Shown: in pieces, positions 50,761 through 62,286 of the stretch
How the letters are laid out: the number at the start of each line of letters is the position of its first letter
Numbering within the stretch: the first letter of the stretch is position 1
Assembly: GCA_013239625.1 (NCBI GenBank)
Contig: MU056703.1
Span: 2,593,185-2,657,184 of the forward strand
Direction of reading: 5' to 3'
Length of the DNA: 64,000 nt
Source: Lama guanicoe
Lineage: Eukaryota
The notes under the pieces: model-generated
What the model was told of the DNA's origin: nothing
The model's database searches: none
What the model saw: only the letters and a program-made list of their open reading frames with translations
Position numbers and translations under genes: made by a program

Positions 50761-52839
50761 GTACTGTGGTTTTGTGTTTGTGGCCCCAGCATCAGAGAGG
50801 AGTGCGGGACGGTCTGCTCCAGGCTGGGTGGTCCGGGGAGTGGGCTTCCCCGGTGCTCACGCCCCGGGGGGCACCCGCTCTGCTCTGAGGGTGGGTGGAA
50901 GGGTCGGCCCAGAGCCGCCACACCCAGGCCGCGTGTCCTCACGGTCTGCCCGGGAGACTGTCCTTCTCTTCAGCATTTCAGTCAGGCATCGCTTTGCACC
51001 TCATGAAATACCAACACTCAGCCCACGTTTCTTTATGTGAATTGAAATGTTCTGTCAAGGTATTTCCACGAAAAACCACAATGCAAGTCAGGGTGCCTTT
51101 CTGTGCAGCTTCCTCAGCAGCCTGAGGGGATGTTGCTGGTGGGTGTGTGTCAGTTTCACCTCAAGGAAGGGAAGTTGGGAGGGTGAGGGCTCTTCCGAGG
51201 AGCTTCTGCCCCAGCAAGGGGCTCCCCCTGGTTCCTGAAGGGCAGAGAAAATCCTGCATTTTCCTACAGACGCCCCACTGATGAGGCCACTTCTCTGGTG
51301 TGGATGTGGAGATGTCCCTCCACTGACGTTTCTGTGGCACGACTGGCGAGGGTGGAGGTGCTGGTGGACATTTGGACGGCCAGACTCCGTGCTTCCGTCC
51401 ACACTTCCTCACGTGGTGCCTCCCAGCACAAGAGGGTGGGGGAGAGTGGTCGTGAGCTGCGGTGGGGAAACCGGTAGACCCCGGCCGGCCCAGCTGGCGT
51501 GCTCTGCGATGGGCCTGAGTCCCCTGTGATGACCACGTCCTGGGACGTGACCTGGGCCTCCCAGAACCCCACGAGGCCCGTGTGGGCGTGCAAAGCAGCC
51601 TCCTTCCTGAGAGGACAGTGTGGGAGGGACATCGGGGCACACGGACCTAGGAAGAGCATCACGTGATCTGACCCGGGGCACCTACAGGACATGTCGCTAT
51701 GTTGCCTCAAAACCGTCAAGGTTGTCAAAAAGGGGCGTCAACTGAGGAGGTCTCTTGGGGGGAGAGGAGGACACATGGTCCTGAGGCAAAAGCTGAGAAA
51801 CAGGACTGACCCTGACCTGTGGGCAGTGAGGACCGCCCCACGTTGACCCTGTGGGGTAGTACTGTGAGATGCAGTTAACGCCACATGCAGGGAGTCCTCA
51901 CTGTCTGAACAGGTCTTCTGTGAGCCTCACACGCTTCCAAAAATGGTCTGTTGATGGGAAGGAAAAGCCAAGGAGGTCTGAAAACGGAAGCTTTTTCTGA
52001 GTTTACTGTGAGTGAATTTCCCATCACAAGCTTACTAATGGATGGGAAGCGTGAAGAGTTGACCCCACTATTGCTGCGGGAGTAGGACCTCGGGTCACAT
52101 CTTCGTCGGGACTCGCCCTCAGGGACCCGAGGGCCGCCGGGCTGCGTGGTCCTGGCTGGGAGCCTGTGGGCACGTCCAGAAGAGGCGTGAGGAGAGGGCA
52201 GCCTGGGCAGTCCTGGACGTGGCTGCGCCCCAGGGCATCCACCAACAGGGTCCCCTTCAGCCGGAGGAAGGAAAGGAGAAAAGGCTCACAGAGTCTGGAC
52301 TTGAGGGGGTGGTGGGGAAGAAGCTGCTGGTTTGTGGCTCGGGAGGAAAAGGCCGCGTGAGCACGCGGGCGTCCGGCCGGCCAGCGCCGCTGCGGGCTCT
52401 CCTCGCTGCTTTGGGCGGCACGTGACGGCAGCTTTTGCTCAGCGCCTCCCTTGGAAACTGCAGTGCCCTGCGGTGTGTTTTGTTGTCTTGCTCCAGTTTG
52501 GGATGGTATTTAAGTAGGATTTTTTTCCTTATGTTTCTAGCGATTTTTTCTTTTATATGTTTGACTAGCAGCAAAGGAAATAGCCAGATGTTAAAGTCCA
52601 GACTTTGACAGTAAAATGTATCTCATTCCTCTTCTCTCTTTGCCTTAGCTGTCATGAAGCTGAGAATTAAATTCAGTCTCAGCAGCTGGATTAACTGACC
52701 TCAGTCTTTGAAATACTCCAATACATCCCATCTCTTGGGATTTTTTAAATGTGTTCAGATGTACTTGTTATGTTATGTTGGATCTCTTGGATGCTTCAGG
52801 TTATTTTGGGAAGAAGATGTAGTTTAAACGTGTAATTGA

Positions 52840-53115
52840 GACTCTCGGGGGGGGATGTGAATGAAATGGGTGACAGGGTCGAAAGGAGGAAGCCCCTGGT
52901 TATGAGATAACCAAGCCTTAACAGCACCGTGCGACATGTCTGCCGGCTGCTAAGAAGGGGGCAGCGTCCTCGTCACAGGAGGAAAAGAAGAACGTTTATG
53001 AACGTGTGACGGCAGGAGGTGACCAGGCTCACCGTGGGGACCACTCGGGGGGGCTGCACACACCGGGTCCTTGTCACGTGCACCTGACACTGCTGTTACA
53101 CCTCAGTTCTTAAAA
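52840..53115 (+). mobile_element. L1MA-like 3' end, GC-shifted
   Basis: gaaatgggtgacagggtcgaaagg...gttatgagataacc...cgtcctcgtcacaggaggaaaa...gtgcacctgacact...ttacacctcag. Confidence 0.6.
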
Positions 53116-55424
53116 ATGGAAGAGAAAGAAGACAAAAGACAGAAGCGCTGGGAGCAAAACCCCGGGTGGGTGGAGGGCAGCGCGGGCTCAGGGAGGCCGT
53201 GTGGCGGGGATGGAGCGCTGGCCCCAGCCCGGAGCCGCAGCACTGCAGCCTGTCCCGCTGTGAGCGCGTGCGCGGGAGGATCTTTCGGGCAGTGGCTGGC
53301 TCAGAGTTAGCACTGAATACACGTTTGCCATTTGAGGAAAAAGGAAAGTAACGTGCTCAGAAGAAGCAGAAATCGAATGCTGTGAACAGCGTCCCTGTTT
53401 AGCTCTAGAATTACTGAATAATAAGCCGTTCCTCAGAATTTCTGTGGACGTTCTTTGTAGTCACTGAGCTGGTGTCATCTACGCCTGGGAACTGAGAGAG
53501 AAAAACCTGAAGTCAGTGTCATACTTGAAGGAATAACTGCCCCCCACCTCCCGGGACATGCTGCGTTCCTGCCGCTGCACAGGTCATGTCCCTGCTGAGC
53601 CGTGCCGCGTCAGACCCGTCCCCCCGCCACCCGGCAGCGAACACTCGTCCTGAGCAGAAGAAACGAAGCCCGCTGGCCCCTCAGCAGCGCGTCTGCGCTG
53701 CCTGGGCCCCTCTGTGACGGTGGACGGCCCCCTGCCTGTGCCGTGCAGATAGGGCTCATCCCCCAGGTCTTACTGACCCCCAGAGGTGTCGCTGCCAGGA
53801 CATGCCCGCACTGGGTTTGTCCATGATTCTGAAGCCACTGTGGCGAGGGCCAGCACTGCTGCGGAGCAGGTGATGTGCCCTCGATGGTGACAATCCGCTG
53901 AGGGGCAGGCGGCCCCGGGAGGCGGGAGCGCTCACCCCCTTTGCCAAGAACCGGCTGCCCGGAGGGGCGAGCTGTGCTCCTAGCCCAGAGGCCCCAGCCA
54001 CCCTGTCTCCCTCAGTGCGGCCCGTGCTTCTGAGCGCCCCGCCTGCCTGCTGCTTGTGCATGTCGCCGGCTCTTTCGGGAGACGCGTCTCTGCCTCTTTC
54101 TGTTGGAGTGGTTTTCTCGCTGTGGACGTCTGTCTTCTCGAGTGGATGCAGGGCCGCCTCTGAGTGAGTCCGGCACCCCCGCCCCTGCTCTCCCAGGACT
54201 GCTGACGCACTGCACCGTTTGCGTACTGACCAGAGAAGAAATTTCTTTTTCTTTTTTCACATCTGCCCTCCACCCTTGCCCCGGCCCCTCAGCAGCCCAG
54301 CCGGGAGATTCCTGCCATAGATGCTCCTGGTTTCCCACACTTCAGATGAGCTCTGCAGCTGAGACTCCGTGCGCCTGCCTGCGTCGGAGGCCAGGGTCAG
54401 CAGGGAAGGGCAGGAAGAGGGCAGGGAGGCCTGCTGGTCAGAGCAGCAGAGGCTGGCCAGCACACGGGGCCAGCAGCTCCCCTGCTGAAGGAGCCCGGGC
54501 CGTGGGCTCACCCCAGTGCTGACAAGAACCTTGAAGGGAGGGGCGTGGGTGTGGGTGCGGGTCGCAGCCCTGGGGGTTCGCTCCCACCGTTGTGGCCTGA
54601 GTGGTCTGGTTCCATTCCTGACACCAGGTGCCCACTCAGAAGCCATCCCCATCATAACGCGGCCACCAGAGCTACCTGGCAGGGGTTTGGAATGTCCTCA
54701 GGGAGTAGTGGCAGTGAGTGGACAGCCAGCAGAGTGGAGCTTGTCCAGAATGGCCCTCATTTTTGACAGTTTTTGCTCCCTGGCCTGACCGCCTGGCCTC
54801 TGCAGGATGCCTGGCCCACACGCTGGCTGACTGCCCACCCCCCAGAGGACAGCAGCCCCGCTTGGGGGCCTAGCCAGCCGTTACTGCCCCTTCCTCTTTC
54901 CTTCTCCCCTCTTCCCTCGCTCCTGCCCCTGCCTGCCCACCACCTGCCCAGCCAGCTTGGCCTTGTTTCTCTGTTGCTTCTCCGTCTGCAGCCAATTGCC
55001 AATGTCCAGAATCCCCAGTTGGCCAGCCAGCCCTTGGACACAGGCTTCTTCACTTAATCTGACTGCTCAGATCAGCCTAGTTTTATTTCAGTGTGACAGA
55101 CAGGGCCTCCTGACCCCACAGGCTATGGAAGTCATCGTTCCCAGCATTGCCTTTTCCTGCGAGCATCACGTCTGTCTGAAAGCCGCTACGGGTGAAGCTC
55201 CGTAGATCCTAAGTACTGTTCAGGTGGTCATTGTGAGTGGTAACCTGCCCTAAACTGCATTACGCTACCTGGGGCATAGAGGAGTTTAAGTTCCTTTTAA
55301 TTCTGTCTTAGTGCAGCCAGTGATCTACTTTTGCAGGTAACACCTTTAAGCCTATCAGCACACAGGCAGACCTCAGAGATACTGTGGGCTTGGTTCCAGG
55401 CCACCACAGTAAAGCGGGTCACAT

Positions 55425-55533
55425 GGTGGGGAGGGTAGAGCACATGGTTAGCAGGCACGAGGCCCTGGGTTCAGTCCTTGGTGCCTCCATTAAATAAGCA
55501 AATAAACCTAGTTACCTCCCCCCAAAAACACAC
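55425..55533 (+). mobile_element. tRNA-derived SINE resembling camelid Vic-1, nested in Tigger1
   Basis: ggtggggagggtagagcacatggttagcaggcacgaggccctgggttcagtcc...cctccattaaataagcaaataaacctagttacctccccccaaaaa. B-box-like ggttcagtcc. Flanked by aaagcgggtcac and aacgtgagtcac. Confidence 0.75.
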
Positions 55534-55584
55534 AAACGTGAGTCACTCGAATGTTTTGGTTCCCCAGTGCATGTAAGTTACGTT

Positions 55585-55766
55585 NNNNNNNNNNNNNNNN
55601 NNNNNNNNNNNNNNNNNNNNNNNNNNNNNNNNNNNNNNNNNNNNNNNNNNNNNNNNNNNNNNNNNNNNNNNNNNNNNNNNNNNNNNNNNNNNNNNNNNNN
55701 NNNNNNNNNNNNNNNNNNNNNNNNNNNNNNNNNNNNNNNNNNNNNNNNNNNNNNNNNNNNNNNNNN
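55585..55766. other. Assembly gap (182 N)
   Basis: Run of N. Confidence 0.99.
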
Positions 55767-56458
55767 ATCAGGATGGCGGTAGCTGAAGGCTGCGGTGGCT
55801 GTTTGCCACCGTAAGTGACTCTCCCTTTCAAGAACAGTTTCTCTGTAGCGTGCAGCATGTCTGATAGCGTTTCACCACAGAGCTTCTTCCAAATTTGAGT
55901 CCATTCTCTCAACCTTTGCTGCTGTTTCATCGACTTAGTTTTTGTAATATTCTCAATCTTTTGTTGTCATTCCAACAATCTCCACAAGGAGTAGCTTTCC
56001 TCTCAGGAAAACACTGTCTTTGCTCATCCATAAGAAGCAGCTCCTCGCCCACTCAAGTTGTGTCCTGAGATCAGAGCAGTTCGGTCACATCTTCAGGCTC
56101 TGCGCCCAGTTCTCATGCTGCTTCCGCCACATCTGCGGTAACTTTCTCCGCTGAAGTCCTCAGCCCCTGCAGGTCGTCCACAGCGGCTCTGATGAACTTC
56201 TTGCAAACCCCTGTGAATGCTGATGCTGTGACCTCTTCCCAGGAATCATGAATGTCCGTAGTGGCACCTAGGATTGTAAGCTCTCCCCAAAAGGTTCTCC
56301 ACTGACTTTGCCCGGATCCATCAGCGGAATCACTGTCTGTAGCAGCTGGAGCCTCACAAAATGTATTTTGTAAATAATGAGACTTGAAGTTGAAATGACC
56401 GCTTGCTCGTGGACTACAGAAAGAATATTGTGTTACAGGCACAAAAACAACATTTATG

Positions 56459-56640
56459 NNNNNNNNNNNNNNNNNNNNNNNNNNNNNNNNNNNNNNNNNN
56501 NNNNNNNNNNNNNNNNNNNNNNNNNNNNNNNNNNNNNNNNNNNNNNNNNNNNNNNNNNNNNNNNNNNNNNNNNNNNNNNNNNNNNNNNNNNNNNNNNNNN
56601 NNNNNNNNNNNNNNNNNNNNNNNNNNNNNNNNNNNNNNNN
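56459..56640. other. Assembly gap (182 N)
   Basis: Run of N. Confidence 0.99.
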
Positions 56641-58553
56641 GGCAGAGCAGACGTAGCTTCATTCTCAAGGGCCCTAGGGCTTTTGGAATGGCCAGGAGCG
56701 TTGGCTCCTAGCAGGAGGGTCAGTCTGACCTGTGAAGCTTCGAGGCCAGACACAGACTTCTCTGCAGCTGTGGAAGTCCTAGATGGCATCTCCTTCCCAC
56801 TTAAGGCTGTTTCATCTGCCTTGAAAATGTGTGGTTTAGTGCAGCACCATCGTGAGACCTGGGCGGGACCTAGGGCAGCGCTGCGGCGTCTGCCTCGGCT
56901 CTGGCTGCCTCACCTGCACTCGTGTGTTGTGGAGACGGCCTCTCTCCTTGACCTCAGGGACAGCCTCTGCTGGCGTCAGCCTCCTTCCGCAGCGCCCTCC
57001 CCTCCCTCGGCCTCCATGGGGTTGGAGAGCCGGGGCCTGGCTCTGGGCGAGGCTTTGGCTGAGGGGCTGTGGCGGCTGGTTTGGTCTTCTGCCCATCTCA
57101 GCAGTAAGCATGCTTGGCTTTGTTACCATTCGTGTGTTCACTTTTAATTTCCTTTGAGTACTTTTCCTTTGCATTCACAACTAGGCTAACTGGTGCAAGA
57201 GACCGAGCTTTCAGCTCATCTCAGCTTTCAGCGTGCCTTCCTCACTGAGCTTAATCATTTCTGGCTTTTCATTTAAAATGAGAAGCATGTGGCTTTTCCT
57301 TGAGAAGAGCGTCACTTGAACACTCAGAGGACATTACGGGTTATTAAGCGGCCTGATTTCGAGATCATCGCGTTTCAGGGAATAGGGAGGCCGTGGAGGG
57401 AGAGACAGCAGAACAGCCGACCAGTGGAACAGTCAGAGCAGATGACTTTTGTTAAGTTCACCATCTTACGTGGGCAAGTTCGTGGAGCCCCAATTACAGT
57501 AGTGACATCAAAGATCACTGATTGCAGATCCCCATAACATAATACATATGATAATGAAAAGTTTGAAATATTGCCAAGAATTACTACCAAAATGCTACAG
57601 AGAAAAGAAGTGAGCAAATGCTTTTGGAAAAATGGCGCCTATAGACTTGCTCAGCGTGGGGTTGTTGCAAACCTGCGACTCGTGAAAGAACGGTACCTGC
57701 AAAGCACGCTGACCCAAACGTGGGGGACGAGGCGCGCCTGTGTCTGAGCTTAAGTGGAGCAGACGCAGGTCGTTTTCCCTCGAGAGCCCTCCCCTCCCGC
57801 TGTCTGCAGCCGGGTCTTCCTTGGGACAAACACCGGGGGCTCAGTGGTTATCAGACCGCCAGATTTGCTGCAGGAAGCTCTTCTGCCCCGTTGCATCACT
57901 GCTGCAGCCGCCTGCCAGGCTTCCTCCGCTGCTCTTGTCTCAGCAACACGAGGCACCGCACGAAAGCCTAGGTGGGAGGCAGGGCGTCCTCTGCCTGGAA
58001 GTAAGATCTTTCTAGCTGCTGAGAGCTGGGAGCCCCACAGCGGCCCTCTGTCAGCACCTTGTCTGCCTGCCTGCCTCATGCCGACGTGGTCACCCACACC
58101 CTGGGGCCTCATGCTGCGTGGCCACCAAGCCCTGACTCTCGGGGGCCCCCCCTTCAGCAGCACTTGTCAGTTACGGGGGCAGATCTGTGCTGATACGAAG
58201 ACCAGGTCACGGTGGTGCATTGACAGCCCTGCCCTCCGCCCTCTGCAGCCAGACGTTGCGGCCTGTCGGTGAAGGATCACATCACAGTCTCAACACAGCA
58301 TGGCAGAGATGTAAAACCAGCCCTGGAGGCCACAGAACACCTGGCATAATGCAGCTGGGAAGGACTTGGCCACCTCAGGTTGTGACTGGCACCAGCGTCC
58401 TCTAGAGTTCTTAAAATTAACATTGAGTAGTTTTTTAATTGAGAAGAGCTTATTTTTTGAAGGTAGATTTTGCTGTCTGAATTGGCCTGTCCTCTCCCCG
58501 CTGGGCCCCACTGAGCCCGGTTTAGGAGGTGGATTCTATGCTGCTGCCTCTGA

Positions 58554-58666
58554 GGCCCCTCCTGTGGCTTGTGGTGGCAGGGCTATGACGTGTGGCCCCT
58601 CCCGTGGCCTGCAGAGGCAGGGCTGTGGCCTGGGGCCCCTCCCGTGGCCTGTGGTGGCAGGGCTGT
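58554..58666. repeat. 40-bp GC-rich minisatellite, about 2.8 copies
   Basis: ggcccctcc(t/c)gtggc(t/c)tg....ggcagggct recurs at 58554, 58594 and 58634. Confidence 0.85.
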
Positions 58667-59024
58667 AGGCTGTGAGTGCTTCAGGACCAGGAGTCACTAT
58701 CACCAGGGGTGGCGGCTCTTTCAGGACCACAGTTCGTTCTGTGTCCTTATTTTTTCTCCCGCAGATACAGCCTTTCTGAGGGTTGGTGAATGAGGTTCTG
58801 TTCTCCGTGGCCTGTACAGTGGCCGTTTCCTGCCAGAGCACAGTTGCTCTCTGCTGTCCCTGCTTGTTCTCTGACTCCTGGCCTGTCTTTGGGTTGAGTT
58901 GTGCTCGCCCACAGATTTATGTTCCCCGTGCAGCTGCCAGGCTTCGGCCTGGAGCTGAGCGTGGAGGACGGGGCTGCACCGGCGCAGAGACACACTCAGT
59001 AACGCCCTCTGTTTCCCTTTGTAG

Positions 59025-59082
59025 AGTCCGCTTAGTAGAAAGAGGATCCCCTCATAGTTTGCCGCTAATGGAATCGGGAAAA
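59025..59082 (+). CDS. DIP2C: DIP2C coding exon (~33), VRLVERGSPHSLPLMESGK
   Basis: ctttgtag acceptor, gtaagt donor, 58 nt; within ORF 58783..59124. Confidence 0.96.
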
Positions 59083-60369
59083 GTAAGTATTGAAGGAAGC
59101 ATATATATTTTCACAGAAACATGAGTCTTAATTTCTGAGCTTTAAAAATTTAAGAAAAATATTACGGAATTTTTTTCCCAAAAAGTTTTCTTTAATGTAA
59201 TATCTCAGGACTGATTTTGGCCATGAGCACAGAAATTCAGAATTACAATGTTTTAAATGAGTCAGTTTTCCTTCGTGTGAAGGACATCACCGGGCTGGCA
59301 CCTCTATCTTGTTCTGCTCCACGTGGCCACTCCACCCAAGGGAGCCTCGGGGTCTGAAGTGGCCTGGCTTCCTTCCCACGGTCCTGCAGCAAGAGGAGCA
59401 GGAAAAGGAGGAGCAGGAGGGGCAGGCTGTCAGGAAGTTCCCTCACACTTAAGTACCACTGGGCATGGTCACGCCCAGCTGGCAGGAAGGCTGGGGGTCC
59501 TGTGCCGGTTCTGAACACCCAGGGGCCTGGCTGAAACTCAGGGTGTGGCTCCCTGTGGAAGCACAGTGAAGACCGGGGGTGGGGGTTACCAGGGACAGCC
59601 AGTAGTCCTGCCGCAGTGGTGGCATCGTGTGCAGAACTAAAGGGCAAGGAGCAGACCTAAGCCTCAGTGAAGACTCTTTTGGAGCCAGTTGTCCGACTTC
59701 TCCACTTGACATGGTTCTGAAAGCGTCTTCTGCTGTTCTGGACCTTTTATAGTCTGTCTGCCTGACCACCCATCAGAATTCTTGGTTCTGAGTTGGCTCT
59801 AGGGTAGAGCTCAGCCTGGTGGGCCGCTAGTCAGACAGGTTCCCAGGGCTTTCTCCGCAGATGTCTCCGTGGACCTCGACCACGCGGCGTTACTTTGCCA
59901 AACCGAGATGGCTTGTGTTCTGAATTTCCAGAAGCAGCTCTCACTTCCTGCGAAATATGGTTTCAATAGAATTCAGAGCACTTCCAAGCTAACTTTCCTT
60001 TAAGAAGGCGGTGCTTAATGTCAACATCACGCTGGAAGACATTCACGGCGGGAGAAGTGGGTGGTGTGGTGAAGAGACGGAGCTGGACGTGGTGCCCCAG
60101 GCCACGTGGCAGTGACGCCTCTGAGTCCTGGTCTGCAAGCATCGAGCTGTGTTAAATTATATCATTTGTCATGTTTTTGTTCAAATTCTTAATTTTAGGA
60201 TCACTTTAACACAGGCTCTCTCATTGTAAGTGTTTTGTGTGATTCCGTCATGCTGTGTATGTGATTTAGAGCCATCTACCTTCCAAACCGTTTTAGAAAG
60301 GCAAACAGGCACGTGGCATGAAGACATCCCCATCTGTCCTTCCACTGACGAGAACGTTCTCCCACGCAG

Positions 60370-60444
60370 ATCCTGCCGGGTGTTCGGATCATAATTGCCA
60401 ACCCGGAAACGAAAGGGCCGTTGGGAGACTCGCACCTGGGTGAG
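60370..60444 (+). CDS. DIP2C: DIP2C coding exon (~34), ILPGVRIIIANPETKGPLGDSHLGE
   Basis: cacgcag acceptor, gtgagt donor, 75 nt; translated by hand. Confidence 0.95.
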
Positions 60445-61520
60445 GTGAGTGAGGGGCCCGTGAGCTTTCCGGGTTACGGGGCAGAAGCTCCTTGAGGGGT
60501 ATAATTCCCTTCAAAGACTTGAGAGAAGAGAAGACAGCGTGTGGACTGAGGTTTGCCTCCTCTGCTGTGACAGCCTCCTCGGGAACACGGCGGAGTAGTG
60601 TGTGGAGGGGGTCGGGCCACCACCTAGGGTCACAGCCGTGTCCACAGCAGTGGCAGGCGGGCGACAGCAGGGGTTTATTTGGGTCAGAAGTTCACTTCCG
60701 CTCGCCTTCCCGTCTCCAGCCAGCCATGTCATGCTTCTGCCTTCTCCAAGGTTCTCCACTCTCCCTGGTTAACTTGCTTCTTCCAACACATCTGCCTTCC
60801 CCTCCGTTTTCCCCTCCAAGGCCAAGCACACAGCGACCCTCCTGCCAGACCTCCTCCCAGGGCCACCCGCTGTGTGGCCAGCTTCCCCCTCCTTGACCCC
60901 TTGCCGCCACACACAAAACGCAGCCGCAGCTGGCATCCCACTGTCTTCCCGAACAGCAGCCCCGCCGCCGTGGGCGCCGGGCCAGTGGGTGGAGGAGTGA
61001 GGACGTGACGGGGCCGGGTTCTGCCCGCCGCACCCTCTCCACACCCTGTCTTCTTGGGCTGATTCTGGGCTCTCACTCGACTCGACTCTGCCCATGTGAC
61101 AAGCAGAACTGAGATGATAATTCCTAAATGAGGTCTGTACAGAGTTTTTCCTCTAAACCCCTTCCTAAGAGTGAAAATGGGCTGTAGCCCCTGCTGTCCT
61201 CACGGTGGGCAGCCTCGCCGGGGCCTGAGAGCCATGTGCTGGGGAATCCCCTTCACTCAATGGGAGACCTTGTGTCTGAGAGCAGAGACAGTGTTCACCC
61301 TCCTTGTTGGATGCAGGGCTTCCTTCCTGTTGACTCTCTGCTCCGCGGGGCATGGGGTGCACAGTCCAGACTGGCCCCTCTGACCACACTGCACACACGG
61401 CGGCTGTAGGGCGTTTCAGGGGCGAGGCGGCGTAGCTGGTGCCTCCGTCGGCACTCAGTGTCAGCATGCTTCCTTCTTGTTTCCTCAAATACCACACTTG
61501 GGCATTGTGGTTCCCTGTTT

Positions 61521-62286
61521 GGTTTTTTTTTAAATTTTTTTTTTGTTTTGTTTCATTTTTGCTTGTTTTTTAGTTTTTTTTTTTTATTGAGGTGTAGTCA
61601 GCTTACAATGTTGTGTAAATTCTTGGTGTACAACACAGTATCGTACATGGATATACATATATTCATTTTCATATTCTTTTTCACTGTAAGCGGTTACAAG
61701 ATATTGAATATATTTGCCTGTGCTCTGCAGTATAACCTTGTTTATCTATTTTATATACCAGTCAGTATCTGCAAATCTCGAACTCCCAGTTTATCCCTTT
61801 CCAACCCCCTCCCCTCTGGCAACCATAAGTCTGTATTCTATGTCTGTGAGTCTGTTTCTGTTTTATGTATAAGTTCATTTGTCTTTTTTTTTTTTTAGAC
61901 TGCACATATGAGTGAGACGGTATTTTTCTTTCTCTTTCTGGCTTATTACTTCATTTAGAATGACATTCTCCAGGGCCATCCATGTTGCTGCAANNNNNNN
62001 NNNNNNNNNNNNNNNNNNNNNNNNNNNNNNNNNNNNNNNNNNNNNNNNNNNNNNNNNNNNNNNNNNNNNNNNNNNNNNNNNNNNNNNNNNNNNNNNNNNN
62101 NNNNNNNNNNNNNNNNNNNNNNNNNTGTGAACATTGGGGTGCAGGTGTCTTTTTGAATTAGGAGTTCCTCTCCCAGGAGTGGGATTGCTGGGTCATATGG
62201 TAAGTCCAATTTAGTCTTTTGAGAAATCTCCATACTGTTTTCCATAATGGCTGCACCAAACTGCATTCCTACCAGCAGTGTGGGCG
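61521..62286 (-). mobile_element. Younger 5'-truncated L1 with poly(A) tail and 12-bp target-site duplication
   Basis: Long T-rich tail at 61521-61585. ORF 61955..62266 [31 protein letters not shown] is the ORF2 C-terminus. ggttccctgttt occurs at 61509-61520 and 62287-62298. Confidence 0.9.
61994..62125. other. Assembly gap (132 N)
   Basis: Run of N. Confidence 0.99.

Larger units (their letters stand above)
55363..57740 (-). mobile_element. Near full-length Tigger1 (TcMar) DNA transposon fossil
   Basis: Terminal inverted repeats CAGGCAGACCTC and GAGGCGCGCCTG. Minus-strand remnants NFKSHYLQNTF..DSDSADGSGQSQWRTFW and MPSRT..RLTLLLGANA match Tigger1/TIGD1 transposase. Frameshifted, with two N gaps. 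Confidence 0.9.

Noticed and set aside
52620-52690. Strong-looking acceptor (ctctctttgccttag) followed by an early stop and a small gctgaga/tctcagc hairpin
   Set aside because: No convincing donor or poly(A) signal downstream; probably a pseudo-acceptor.
22930-53115. None of the five sense-oriented L1 3' ends keeps AATAAA (e.g. AACAAA at ~23098)
   Set aside because: Could suggest selection against premature polyadenylation, but these copies are diverged enough that losing a hexamer by chance is likely.
56113-56789. Transposase-like ORFs, possibly a domesticated TIGD gene
   Set aside because: Fragmented, with deletions relative to Tigger1 transposase, and enclosed by TIRs; a decayed fossil.
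58554-58666. Regularly spaced repeats considered as a CRISPR array or other prokaryotic system
   Set aside because: The DNA is clearly mammalian, the units are tandem without unique spacers, and no cas-like genes are present.
55585-62125. Three N runs (182, 182 and 132 nt) and the X-filled ORFs crossing them
   Set aside because: Assembly or masking artefacts. All lie inside repeats, and the repeat sequence appears to resume in register afterwards.
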